Below are positions 37,189 to 46,867 of a DNA stretch of 64,000 nucleotides, piece after piece. The notes under the pieces were generated by a model. It saw only the letters and a list, made by a program, of their open reading frames with translations, was not told the origin of the DNA and ran no database searches. Source of the stretch: an uncultured delta proteobacterium (lineage in GTDB: Bacteria; Desulfobacterota; Desulfobacteria; Desulfobacterales; Desulfosalsimonadaceae). Numbering within the stretch: the stretch's first letter is position 1; each line of letters starts with the position of its first letter. Position numbers and translations under genes: made by a program. Where the stretch lies: the NCBI GenBank assembly GCA_963826785.1, contig CAWGYD010000008.1:449971-513970 (forward strand). Direction: 5' to 3'.

Positions 37189-38867
37189 TGACGGAAAGAT
37201 CGAAGCGCATTTTCGGCATTGACCTGGGGACCACCTATTCCTCCATCGCCTATGTGGATGAATTCGGAAAAGCCGTCATCGTCCCGAATACTGAAAACGA
37301 ACGGGTGACGCCTTCGGTGGTCTTTTTTGACGAAGGAAGCATCGTGGTGGGGGAAGTGGCCAAGGAGAGCGCCAAACTGTATCCGGAAGATGTGGTGAGC
37401 TTCGTCAAAAGGTCCATGGGGGAACCCAACTTCATCTTCGTGCATCGGGGGGAGGAATACCGGGCGGAGGAAATATCGGCCTATATTCTAAAAAAGCTCG
37501 CCCAGGATGCCGAGCAGTACCTGGGTGAAAAAGTGACGGACGTGGTGATCACCTGTCCGGCATATTTTGGGATCAACGAGCGCGAAGCCACCCGCAAGGC
37601 CGGCGAGATTGCCGGATTCAACGTTCGCCAGATCATCAACGAACCCACCGCGGCGGCCATCGCCTATGGTTCGCTGGACACGACGGAAGAACGCGTGGTG
37701 CTGGTCTATGACCTGGGCGGGGGAACCTTTGACGTGACCATGATCGATATCCGCAAGGATTCGGTTGAAGTCATCTGCACCGGTGGCGACCACAACCTGG
37801 GGGGCAAGGACTGGGATGACCGGGTGGTCTCGTACATGGTGGAATTCTTCCAGAAGGAAACCCACACCACCGATGATATTTTAGATGACCTGGATACCTG
37901 GCAGGATTTGCAGCTCTCCGGTGAAAAGGCGAAAAAAATCCTTTCTCAGCGGCCGAAAACCCCCATTTCAGTGACCCACGGGGGCGAGCGGGTCAAGATG
38001 CTCCTGGATCGCGACAAGTTCCAGGAACTCACGGAGGACCTGCTGGAGCGGACCATCGAATTTACGCGGGAAATGCTCCAGGAAGCCAAGATCAAAGGGT
38101 ACCATCAATTCGATGAGTTCATCCTGGTGGGGGGCGCCACGCGGATGCCGCGCATCAAGCAGCGGATCGAGGAAGAATTCAACATCACCCCTAAAGTTTT
38201 TGACCCGGATGAAGCCGTGGCCAAAGGGGCCGCCATTTACGGCTGGAAATTGAGCTTAAATGACAGCCTGATTCAACGGCTGTCCGAAAAAACCCGAAGG
38301 CCGGTGGAACAGCTGGAAAATATTTCGGTGTTGATCGAAAACAATGAAATCAGCACGGAAGATGTCCGGGAAGCCGCCCAGCATGTGGCGGACAGAACCG
38401 GCTATACCCTGCCCAGCGTGCAGAGCGCCATGCTCAAGGTGAAAAACGTCACCAGCAAGAGCTTCGGCGTCGTCGCGCACAATTCCAAACGCCAGGAGAT
38501 CATCTTCAACCTGGTGTTGAGAAACACCACCGTCCCGATTTCCCGGACCAAAGACTTTTATACGGCCATAGAAGATCAGAAATCCGTTCTGATCCGGATC
38601 ATGGAAAATGAAACCGGTCAGGAAGAGATCCCTTTGAGCCACGGCGTGGAAATAAAAACCGCCGTCTTGCATCTGCCGCCCAGCCTGCCCGCCGACCTGC
38701 CCATTGAAATCACCTTTTCGTTAAACGAGGAAGGCCGCCTGCATATCACCGCCCTTGAAACCAGCGGGGCGCGTCAGGTGGAAGTGGTCCTGGATACGGC
38801 CTCGGTCATCCAGGGAGAAGAATTTGAAAAGGCAAAGACCCGGTCCCAGGCGCTGGTCATTCATTAG
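37188..38867 (+). CDS. Hsp70-family protein (non-DnaK paralog, no lid)
   Basis: GIDLGTTYS, TCPAYF, NEPTAAA, DLGGGTFDV, LVGGATRMP, PDEAVAKGAA; ends just after the SBD-beta. Confidence 0.92.
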   Translation: MTERSKRIFGIDLGTTYSSIAYVDEFGKAVIVPNTENERVTPSVVFFDEGSIVVGEVAKESAKLYPEDVVSFVKRSMGEPNFIFVHRGEEYRAEEISAYILKKLAQDAEQYLGEKVTDVVITCPAYFGINEREATRKAGEIAGFNVRQIINEPTAAAIAYGSLDTTEERVVLVYDLGGGTFDVTMIDIRKDSVEVICTGGDHNLGGKDWDDRVVSYMVEFFQKETHTTDDILDDLDTWQDLQLSGEKAKKILSQRPKTPISVTHGGERVKMLLDRDKFQELTEDLLERTIEFTREMLQEAKIKGYHQFDEFILVGGATRMPRIKQRIEEEFNITPKVFDPDEAVAKGAAIYGWKLSLNDSLIQRLSEKTRRPVEQLENISVLIENNEISTEDVREAAQHVADRTGYTLPSVQSAMLKVKNVTSKSFGVVAHNSKRQEIIFNLVLRNTTVPISRTKDFYTAIEDQKSVLIRIMENETGQEEIPLSHGVEIKTAVLHLPPSLPADLPIEITFSLNEEGRLHITALETSGARQVEVVLDTASVIQGEEFEKAKTRSQALVIH

Positions 38868-38969
38868 AATAAAGCGCCCGCATGGGTTTTGTTTGCCATC
38901 GATGCCACCTTTTCCCAAGAACTGCGATTTTCCATGCCGGAGTTGTTTCACCCTTAGCCGAAATTAAAA

Positions 38970-41330
38970 ATGATGGAACGCGAAAATTTTTATATCATCC
39001 TTGAACTTTCCGTCGATCCGCCCGAAACCGATCTGGGCGTGATCAATCGGGCCATTGCCAACAAGAAGGCCCAGTGGAGCCGCCTGCGCAATCACCCCAC
39101 CAAAGGGCTTCAGATTCAAAAATACCTGAACATGATCCCGGAAATTCAGCGCGTCATGCTGGACCGGGAACTCCGGCGGCAAGAGGCGGATGCGGCCAAG
39201 GCCTTTCTCCAAAAGGGAATGGAAGCCAAGTTCTCGGAAATCGACCGCCATATTGAAATCCTGATGGGAAAGGGGTTTATCGCCAAGGAGGAAATTACCC
39301 GGCTCGCCGATCTGCACAATATTCCCCAGAATGAAATCCAGGAGCGGATCAATGCCAAAAAGCAGGAAAAGTTCATCCGCATCGATCTGGAAATCGGTTA
39401 CCGCATGGCCAAAGGGTATCTCACGGAAACCGAAGTCGCCCGCATTGCAAAGCATCACGCACTGACCGTAGAAGAAATCAAATCCCGGGTGCGGTGCCCC
39501 GTCACCAGGGACGCCAAAGACAAGGCCGCTCTCAAGCCAAAACAGATCGATCCGTCCATCAACAAATCGATCCTCGACAACCTGAAAATCGTCGATAAAG
39601 GATCATTGTATGATTTTTTGGGCATGCCGTCGAGTTCCCCCCTGGCCATGCTCCAGGAAAAATCGGTCCAGAAGAAGAAACAGCTGGCCAGCATCAGTAA
39701 AAAAGACGCCGTGGCCACTGCCAGCAGCATCCTGGCCGGTCACTGCATGACCCTGTTCAAAAACGAAGAATCCCGCCTGGCCTATGATATCAGCCTCTCC
39801 CTCTCCTTTCTGGCGGAGCTCGATTCCGACATTGACGTGGCCGCCATCAATGGTGCCATCCGGCCGGAATACCAGAACATCCTCATTGAAAAAGCCATGG
39901 GGCTCGGAATGGACGAAGACGAAGCCCGCGAGTATATCAAGTCGTATGGCCGGAAAAAAAAATACCAGATCGAGCAGAACCCGGACAGAAAGAAGCGGCT
40001 GATCATAATGTCGGCGGCAGGCGCTTTGGCAATTATCCTGCTGGTGGCCGGTTTCATGGCGCTGTCCGTTATTCACGAGAAAAGATCGGCGGAATCGGCA
40101 TACCAGGCGCTGCTCACCCGGGCGGAGAGCCAGCCCGACCCCGGGGAAAAAATCAAGATATTCAAGGCCTATCTTAACAGCCGCCCCAAAGCAGAATATG
40201 CTGCCTCCGTTAATGAGCGGATCGCCGGTCTGGAGAAGCAGGTGGCGCGGCAGGCCCTGGACGAGGTAGAGGCCAGGGCCGGAAAGATGATGGAGCAAGA
40301 AGCATACGAAAATGCCCGGGAGACCTATCAAAACTTCTTAAAAGACCACCCGGGGACGCCGTTTAAGGCAGACGTCGCCGGCCGCATGGATAAGATCGAA
40401 AAGCAGATCGAGGCACGGGATTTTGAGCATTTGACCGGCATCATGCGACAGGCCGGGGTGGATGAAAAAATTGCGGCCTGTCGGAACTACCTGGCCTTGC
40501 ATCCCAAAGGCGCCCACAAGACGCAGACGGAGGAATTCATCCGGGAGATGAGCAACGAGTATTACATCTACATCAATCGGGAGTTCTCCAAATGCAAGGA
40601 AAAAGAGGACTGGCAAGGCTGTCTCGATCTTTGCAGCAGCTATACCGCCCTTTACGACAACGCCAATTCCGACCTGCTGAAACAGCTGGTGCCGGCGTAC
40701 GAAAAAAAGCTCAAGGATCAGCAGACCTTTGAAACCATAGTGCAAAAAACAGGCGCCCTGGGCGCTGAATATGCCACCGCCCGGCAGGTCTTCATCGATT
40801 ACCTGGAGGCCTATCCGGATACGACCGTACGCGATAAGGTCCAACTGGAACTGGCCCGAATCGACCATATGGAGATGCTGCACCATATCAATCTCAAAAA
40901 GCAGCAGATGCAGGACCTCCTGCAGACCACCAGCGGCCGGTTTGTGGAAAGGCAGGAAGGCATCGTCATCGATACCCGGACCGGGCTGATGTGGTGCCTG
41001 GCGGATACCGGGATTATTATGGGAGACGAGTGCGTCAATTACGAGAAGGCCAAAAGCTTCACCGATGCCTTAGACACCGGAGGATACACCGACTGGCGCC
41101 TGCCCACCGCCGCCGAACTGGCAGCCATCTATCGGTCCGCCCCGGCCTTTCCCGCGCCCGCTGAACAATGGTACTGGACATCAGACGCGTTCTCCAGCTA
41201 TGCGGACGGATGGCACACCCGGGTGGCCACCGTGTCGAATCAACCGGCCGAAAGCGAGATTGTCCGCAGAGACGACCGGGACTGCGGTGCGGTCCGGGCG
41301 GTCCGGGGAAGCGTAAAAGAATTGACATAA
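38970..41330 (+). CDS. Membrane protein with J-like N-terminal repeats, TPR-like stalk and C-terminal DUF1566 (Lcl) domain
   Basis: NFYIILEL..RNHPTK; one central TM; DTRTGLMW, GYTDWRLPT..EL, WYWTS, VRAVR. Confidence 0.75.
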   Translation: MMERENFYIILELSVDPPETDLGVINRAIANKKAQWSRLRNHPTKGLQIQKYLNMIPEIQRVMLDRELRRQEADAAKAFLQKGMEAKFSEIDRHIEILMGKGFIAKEEITRLADLHNIPQNEIQERINAKKQEKFIRIDLEIGYRMAKGYLTETEVARIAKHHALTVEEIKSRVRCPVTRDAKDKAALKPKQIDPSINKSILDNLKIVDKGSLYDFLGMPSSSPLAMLQEKSVQKKKQLASISKKDAVATASSILAGHCMTLFKNEESRLAYDISLSLSFLAELDSDIDVAAINGAIRPEYQNILIEKAMGLGMDEDEAREYIKSYGRKKKYQIEQNPDRKKRLIIMSAAGALAIILLVAGFMALSVIHEKRSAESAYQALLTRAESQPDPGEKIKIFKAYLNSRPKAEYAASVNERIAGLEKQVARQALDEVEARAGKMMEQEAYENARETYQNFLKDHPGTPFKADVAGRMDKIEKQIEARDFEHLTGIMRQAGVDEKIAACRNYLALHPKGAHKTQTEEFIREMSNEYYIYINREFSKCKEKEDWQGCLDLCSSYTALYDNANSDLLKQLVPAYEKKLKDQQTFETIVQKTGALGAEYATARQVFIDYLEAYPDTTVRDKVQLELARIDHMEMLHHINLKKQQMQDLLQTTSGRFVERQEGIVIDTRTGLMWCLADTGIIMGDECVNYEKAKSFTDALDTGGYTDWRLPTAAELAAIYRSAPAFPAPAEQWYWTSDAFSSYADGWHTRVATVSNQPAESEIVRRDDRDCGAVRAVRGSVKELT

Positions 41331-41350
41331 GGAGTACAGACGCATACGCG

Positions 41351-41587
41351 ATGATCAGAAATATGGAAATTTTAAAAGAGCCCATCGAACTTTACAAGAT
41401 CCTGAAGTTCGAAAATCTTGTCAACAGCGGCGGCGAGGCGAAACAGGTGATTTCCGAAGGCCTGGTTTCGGTAAACGGAGCCGTTGAAATGAGAAAGCGA
41501 AAAAAAATCTTTTCGGGCGACGTCGTTCATTTCGGCGAAACCGAAGTCCGCGTTCAACTTGGCCCCGAAAACGGGATGCCGACTTGA
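41351..41587 (+). CDS. S4 RNA-binding protein (YaaA/YbcJ-like)
   Basis: IELYKILK..SGGEAK..G.VSVNG.VE.RKRKKI. Confidence 0.88.
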   Translation: MIRNMEILKEPIELYKILKFENLVNSGGEAKQVISEGLVSVNGAVEMRKRKKIFSGDVVHFGETEVRVQLGPENGMPT

Positions 41588-42348
41588 AACCCAGGATAAA
41601 AGTTGCCGCGGCCGATACCCCGGATGGGGGCGAGATGGTCCTTTACCAGCATGACCGTGATTTTTTCATCAAGGTCAACGGCCAGGATCTGATGCACAGC
41701 CGTCAGCATGAATCGGAACTGGAACTGGCGCGGCTGGGATGCTCGCATTTGACCGGCCGCAAGGCGGCCTGCGTCCTGATCGGCGGGCTGGGCATGGGAT
41801 ATACCCTCCGTCAGACCCTCGATTTACTCGGCCCGGATGCCCGGATCGTGGTGAGTGAACTGCTGCAGGCGGTGATCGAATGGAATCGGGAGTTTTTCCG
41901 TGACTTAAACGGCAGGCCGCTTGAGGACGAACGCGTCGACCTCAATACCGGCGACATCAGCGAAATGATTATGGGCGCCAAAAACCGGTTTGACGCGATC
42001 CTGCTGGATGTGGATAACGGCCCCTGTGCAATGACCCATTCAGAAAACGCCCGCCTTTACAGTTACGAGGGGATTTCGGCCTGCAGGCGGGCGCTTCGAA
42101 AAAAAGGCGTTCTTGCGGTGTGGTCGGCCGAGCCGAGCAGGGAATTTGAGCAGACCCTGATGGGCTGCCGATTCCATGTGCGCCGTTTCCGGGTCCCGGC
42201 CCACAAGGGCAGCAAATCTCAGTCTCGCTTTATATGGGTCGCATCGGAGGATAAGATGCTTCTGCCCCCCGGTGGCGGTGAACCGCGCCAGCCGGCGGGG
42301 AAACCTTCCCCGAAAAATCCCGGAAGGCGCCGGCCCACACGCACCTGA
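41584..42348 (+). CDS. Spermidine-synthase-like SAM-binding protein
   Basis: LIGGLGMGYTL, VSELL..VIEWN, FDAILLDVDNGP. Confidence 0.8.
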   Translation: MKPRIKVAAADTPDGGEMVLYQHDRDFFIKVNGQDLMHSRQHESELELARLGCSHLTGRKAACVLIGGLGMGYTLRQTLDLLGPDARIVVSELLQAVIEWNREFFRDLNGRPLEDERVDLNTGDISEMIMGAKNRFDAILLDVDNGPCAMTHSENARLYSYEGISACRRALRKKGVLAVWSAEPSREFEQTLMGCRFHVRRFRVPAHKGSKSQSRFIWVASEDKMLLPPGGGEPRQPAGKPSPKNPGRRRPTRT

Positions 42349-42394
42349 CAATCGCAATCTTAAATTTAATCATAAAGAGGGGGGCACCGACACG

Positions 42395-43605
42395 ATGATC
42401 TGGGGACTCAAGAAAAAAATGTATCGGGTTCAGCATGGGGTGATGAAAGCGGTCTCCGGCGTTATGCCGTTTCCGGTCCCGGTGCTGCTGACCGGTCCGG
42501 GAAGCGTCAAAAAGCTGGCTGAAAACATCAGTGCCCGCAGGCTGAAAAATGTGCTGGTGGTCACCGATAAAGTCCTGATGGAATTGAAACTGCCGAATGG
42601 ACTTTTCAAAGCGCTTACCGAATATGGGATCAAGTATACGGTCTTTGACGCGGTGCAGCCCAATCCGACGATCGAAAATGTGGAAGCAGGCCGTAAAATG
42701 TACAAGGCGAGCCTGTGTGACGGCATCATCGCTTTTGGCGGCGGATCGGCCATGGATTGCGCCAAGATTATCGGCGCCCGGATTTCAAACCCCTATTTCT
42801 CCGTGCGCCGGATGAAGGGGCTGTTCAAGGTGATTTTGCCGATCCCGCCCCTCTTCTGCGTGCCCACCACCGCGGGGACCGGCTCCGAAACCACTGTGGC
42901 CGCAGTCATCACCGATGCGAAGACCCATGAAAAATTTGCGATTAACGACATCAAAATCGTCCCCAAAATCGCTGTTCTGGATCCCGAACTCATGGTCGGG
43001 CTTCCGCCGCACATTACCTCCACCACCGGAATGGACGCCCTGACCCACGCGGTTGAAGCGTATATCGGGTTGAACGGAAACAAATTCACCGATGAGAATG
43101 CCGAAAACGCCACCCGGCTGATATTCGAAAATCTTGAGGAGGCCTTTCGGAACGGCTCGAACCTGGAGGCCCGCAACAATATGGCCCTGGCCTCTTTTTA
43201 TGCCGGGTCCGCATTCACCAGAGCCTACGTGGGGTATGTGCATGCCATCGCCCACAACATGGGCGGGTTGTACGGCGTCCCCCATGGCCTGGCCAATGCC
43301 GTCATCCTGCCCTATGTGCTTGAATTTTGCCGCCAGGATGCGGAGAAAAAGCTGGCGGCGTTAGCCGTTGCCGGCGGCATCGGCAAAAAAGGGGAGCCTG
43401 AAGAAGCGCTTTCTTTGCGCTTCATCGAAAAAGTCAAAACCATGAACCAGAACATGGGGATTCCCACCGGCATCACGCGCTTCAGGAAAAAGACATTCCC
43501 CTGATCGCCAGACGCGCCTTGAATGAAGCGCATCCGGATTATCCGGTACCGAAAATCATGACGCTCAGGGAATGCGAGGGCCTGGTCCGCAAACTCCTGC
43601 CGTAG
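42395..43605 (+). CDS. Iron-containing alcohol dehydrogenase; frameshift near 43477
   Basis: GGGSAMD, PTTAGTGSE, MDALTHAVE, HAIAH, PHGLANA; C-terminus ALQEKDIPLIARRALNEAHPDYPVP continues in another frame to TAG at 43605. Confidence 0.9.
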
Positions 43606-43659
43606 TCCGCTGACAATGTTGTTTGGGCCTTGAGGTTGCCTTTTGCAGATCTCGTATTG

Positions 43660-44430
43660 TTAACCCCGGTCCGAAACGGCCTTATAGAGCAATTGGATGA
43701 CGGGTTTGAGAAACTCAGTACTCAGATGCCGCATCAGGCCGAGCTCGGCACGGTCTTCTTCGGATACGATTTTTTCCGCCTCTTCCCGGATGGTGGAGAG
43801 CAGCTGGGGCGCATCAACGGCGTCTCGGAAAATCCGGGTCAGTGCCAGCCGTATCATGCTCGACCGCCGCAGATTCATCATGTCCAGGCTTTTGCGCAGC
43901 ATCTTCGAATCGATGCTTTCCAGTCCGGCAAGCGCTGCCTTTGCGGTGTCCATGTCACCGGCCCTTCCGGCCAGGACCGCGATTTGGGGGGCGGCTGGCG
44001 CGGGGTCTGCAGAAACATCCGCGTCCGATCCTTTTAAAGCCGCCTCTGCCGGCTTTCCGCCGATGAGAATGGTCTCAAAGAATACCACCTCCGGATCCAG
44101 ATCCATCCGGCTGTCATAGCAGGATGGACCGTTCTCTGTGCTGTTTCTGAAATCATTTACCCCTGTAACCAGACCGGCCAGCTCCGTTTCCAGAAAATCC
44201 CGGGCGGCGGCGGCCGTCGCATTTCGGCGCCCGGGATCAGGGTCTTTAATCCGCAGCCGCACGGGCATTACCGGCACCGAGGGATCATCCGGATAAAGGA
44301 TTTCGAGCCGGGCCGCTTCATTCCACCCGACCTGTAGGCCGGCGGTTGTCTCCGCAAATTTGACATCCCGGGCGGAAAATAATTCCCGAATGGTTTGGAA
44401 TCTGTCGTCCATCATCACATCCATCATCAA
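43660..44430 (-). CDS. Hypothetical protein sharing its C-terminal domain with the DUF4388 protein at 10530
   Basis: RKSLD..LRRSSMIRLALTRIFRDA matches RKGLD..LKRSSLLRITLTRIFRDA. Confidence 0.75.
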   Translation of the reverse strand: MMMDVMMDDRFQTIRELFSARDVKFAETTAGLQVGWNEAARLEILYPDDPSVPVMPVRLRIKDPDPGRRNATAAAARDFLETELAGLVTGVNDFRNSTENGPSCYDSRMDLDPEVVFFETILIGGKPAEAALKGSDADVSADPAPAAPQIAVLAGRAGDMDTAKAALAGLESIDSKMLRKSLDMMNLRRSSMIRLALTRIFRDAVDAPQLLSTIREEAEKIVSEEDRAELGLMRHLSTEFLKPVIQLLYKAVSDRG

Positions 44431-44470
44431 ACCTTCAGCATGATAACGGGTTAGACGTCATGTGGCCTGA

Positions 44471-45457
44471 TTATGGCCCCTCGATGCCCGCCGGCCAGAG
44501 GTAATAAAACCCGGAATGGTTCAACAGGGCCGAATCAGGCAGCCCGATATTGACCACGGAAAAGCCTTTTGCGCCATAGCGGGTCTGGGTGTTGTAAACA
44601 TTGTCATCGGGGTATTTAGTGCGTCGGTAGACCACCACTTTGCTGTCGTCACCCAGCCCCCCGATCTTTCGGGAATAGCCAATGGCATCGTCCATGTACC
44701 CGATTTCATCCACCAGCCCCGCCGCCACCGCCTCCTGTGCCAGGAAGATGCGGGCGCTGGCAATACTGTCCACCGCTTCGGGGGGGATATTGCGGTTCTT
44801 TAAAACCAGATCGATGAACCGCTTCCCCAGATCTGAGGTAAGATTTTGAAAAATCATGTCTTCCTCATCCGTCGCCTTGCGGAATGGAGAGCCCATGTCC
44901 TTCTTGTCGCCCGAGGCATTGACGGCAACCCCCACACCGATTTTATCCAGCAGGTCATAAACCTTGGGACGAAGGAAGATCACCCCCACGGATCCGGTGA
45001 TGGAAGTGGGGTGCGCCATGATGTGGTCTGCGGGCATGGCCACGTAGTAGCCTCCGGAGGCGGCCAGATTCATCATCATGACGACGATTTTGATTCCGGT
45101 CTCCGCTTTGAATTTCACCAGTTCATTATAGAGGATATCGCTTGCGGTCACCGATCCCCCGGGGGAGTCGATTTTCAGCAGCACCGTCTTTATATCCGAA
45201 TCCTTCCGGGCAAGCCGAAGCTGGGAAACGATGTCCTGCACCATGCTCGGTTCGGTCTTGAATACCGCTTCCCGGGTGACATCATTGATCATTCCGGTAA
45301 TGGGAATCACCAGCACCTTGCCGGCCCCTTCGCCCTGGAGCACATATTCTTCAAGGGGGTCCGTGGCATCCGTGAACAGCTTCACATTCGGCGCCAGACA
45401 TCCGGCACACCAGAGCAGCATTCCCACCAACAGCACGACAGACAGTTTCTTAAGCAT
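44471..45457 (-). CDS. sppA: Signal peptide peptidase SppA (36K type), probable lipoprotein
   Basis: IDSPGGSV, AASGGYYVA, TGSVGV, KDMGSPFR; CAGC lipobox. Confidence 0.9.
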   Translation of the reverse strand: MLKKLSVVLLVGMLLWCAGCLAPNVKLFTDATDPLEEYVLQGEGAGKVLVIPITGMINDVTREAVFKTEPSMVQDIVSQLRLARKDSDIKTVLLKIDSPGGSVTASDILYNELVKFKAETGIKIVVMMMNLAASGGYYVAMPADHIMAHPTSITGSVGVIFLRPKVYDLLDKIGVGVAVNASGDKKDMGSPFRKATDEEDMIFQNLTSDLGKRFIDLVLKNRNIPPEAVDSIASARIFLAQEAVAAGLVDEIGYMDDAIGYSRKIGGLGDDSKVVVYRRTKYPDDNVYNTQTRYGAKGFSVVNIGLPDSALLNHSGFYYLWPAGIEGP

Positions 45458-45630
45458 TTCGATACACCTCCGGCATCCACAATTTGGCTTTACTTTTCGC
45501 ATTGACGATAACACTATGTAAGTGTCCGAACGGAAAAAATACAGATTTAAATTCCCCATCGACTTTTTTCGGGCTGAGTTTATCATCTTAAGATATAGAA
45601 TTCAATTTTTAATCCATAGTTTAGACACGG

Positions 45631-46749
45631 ATGCCATCTGATTCAAATCCAAAGCCGTTTTTATTCATCGAATCCTTCTTCGGCGGGTCCCACAAGGACT
45701 TTGCTTTAGGGCTCATCGAACATTCCCGGCATGGATTCGATCTGGCCACCCTGCCGGCCCGCTCCTGGAAATGGCGGATGCGGGGGGCGGCATTTCATTT
45801 CCGGCGCCAGTACCCCCATCCTGGCGGTTATGCCGGCGTTTTTGCCACGGACATGATTTCGTTGGCCGATTTGAAAGCCTTCTATGGGAGGCAGTGCCCG
45901 CCACTGGTCCTTTACTTTCACGAAAACCAGATCACCTATCCTGTTTTATCGAGCCAGGAGCGCGATTTTCACTACGGCTTCACCAACCTGGCCAGTGCGC
46001 TGGCAGCCGACCGGGTATTGTTTAATTCAAAATTTCAGTTCGATTCATTTTTTGATGCGCTGCCTGAATTTGTCAACATGATGCCCGATTCCCGGCCCTA
46101 CTGGATAATTGATGCCATCCGGTCCAAATCCGCCATCTGCCATCCGGGATGCCGGTTGGATCAATCCGGGTCCGGGTGTGCCAAAATAGAAAGTCCGCCC
46201 TTGATCATCTGGAATCACCGGTGGGAATACGACAAAAACCCGGAAGCCTTCTTTGCCGCCCTTGAAGCCGTTTCCGCCCGGGGAATCGATTTTTCCCTGG
46301 CCATACTGGGACAATCGTTTAAGCGCATCCCCCCTGTTTTTGCAGCCGCCGAAAAGCGGTTTCAAAAACAGATCCGCCGGTTCGGTCCGGTAAGATCCCG
46401 GGCCGACTACCAGGGCTGGTTGTCCAAGGGGGCCATCGTGGTCAGCACGGCGATCCAGGAAAATTTCGGCATTTCGGTGATCGAGGCCGTCGCTCACGGC
46501 TGCCTGCCCCTGGTCCCCCATCGCCTGTCCTACCCGGAAATCATTCCCGCATGCTTCCATGATGATTTTCTGTACCGCGATGATGAAGCGCTGATAGATA
46601 AACTATGCCGCCTGCTCACCCATTACCCCGCTTATCCGGAAAAGCGCGCCGCATTGACCGAAATCGCCCGGCAATTTTCCTGGAAACAGAGAATCCATGC
46701 CTTCGATGCGGAACTGGACCGGCTCGCGGATATTGGGCAAGGCCAATGA
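45631..46749 (+). CDS. DUF3524/GTDC1-like GT-B glycosyltransferase
   Basis: FFGGSHK, LPARSWKWRMRG, YFHENQITYP, AD.VLFNS, WNHRWEYDKNPE, QENFGISVIEA, P.RLSYPE. Confidence 0.85.
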   Translation: MPSDSNPKPFLFIESFFGGSHKDFALGLIEHSRHGFDLATLPARSWKWRMRGAAFHFRRQYPHPGGYAGVFATDMISLADLKAFYGRQCPPLVLYFHENQITYPVLSSQERDFHYGFTNLASALAADRVLFNSKFQFDSFFDALPEFVNMMPDSRPYWIIDAIRSKSAICHPGCRLDQSGSGCAKIESPPLIIWNHRWEYDKNPEAFFAALEAVSARGIDFSLAILGQSFKRIPPVFAAAEKRFQKQIRRFGPVRSRADYQGWLSKGAIVVSTAIQENFGISVIEAVAHGCLPLVPHRLSYPEIIPACFHDDFLYRDDEALIDKLCRLLTHYPAYPEKRAALTEIARQFSWKQRIHAFDAELDRLADIGQGQ

Positions 46750-46867
46750 TATTTAATCGATATCAATCAATGATGCTTGAATAATTCAACTAAATTTATA
46801 ATGATAGCAAAATGATCCGCAAGTTACGCCAACCTGGAACATCAGCGAACACGGGGGGATAGCGAAA

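Noticed and set aside
37188..38867. Housekeeping dnaK
   Set aside because: Too short, no lid, lacks DnaK linker/SBD signatures, and has no dnaJ or hrcA neighbours.
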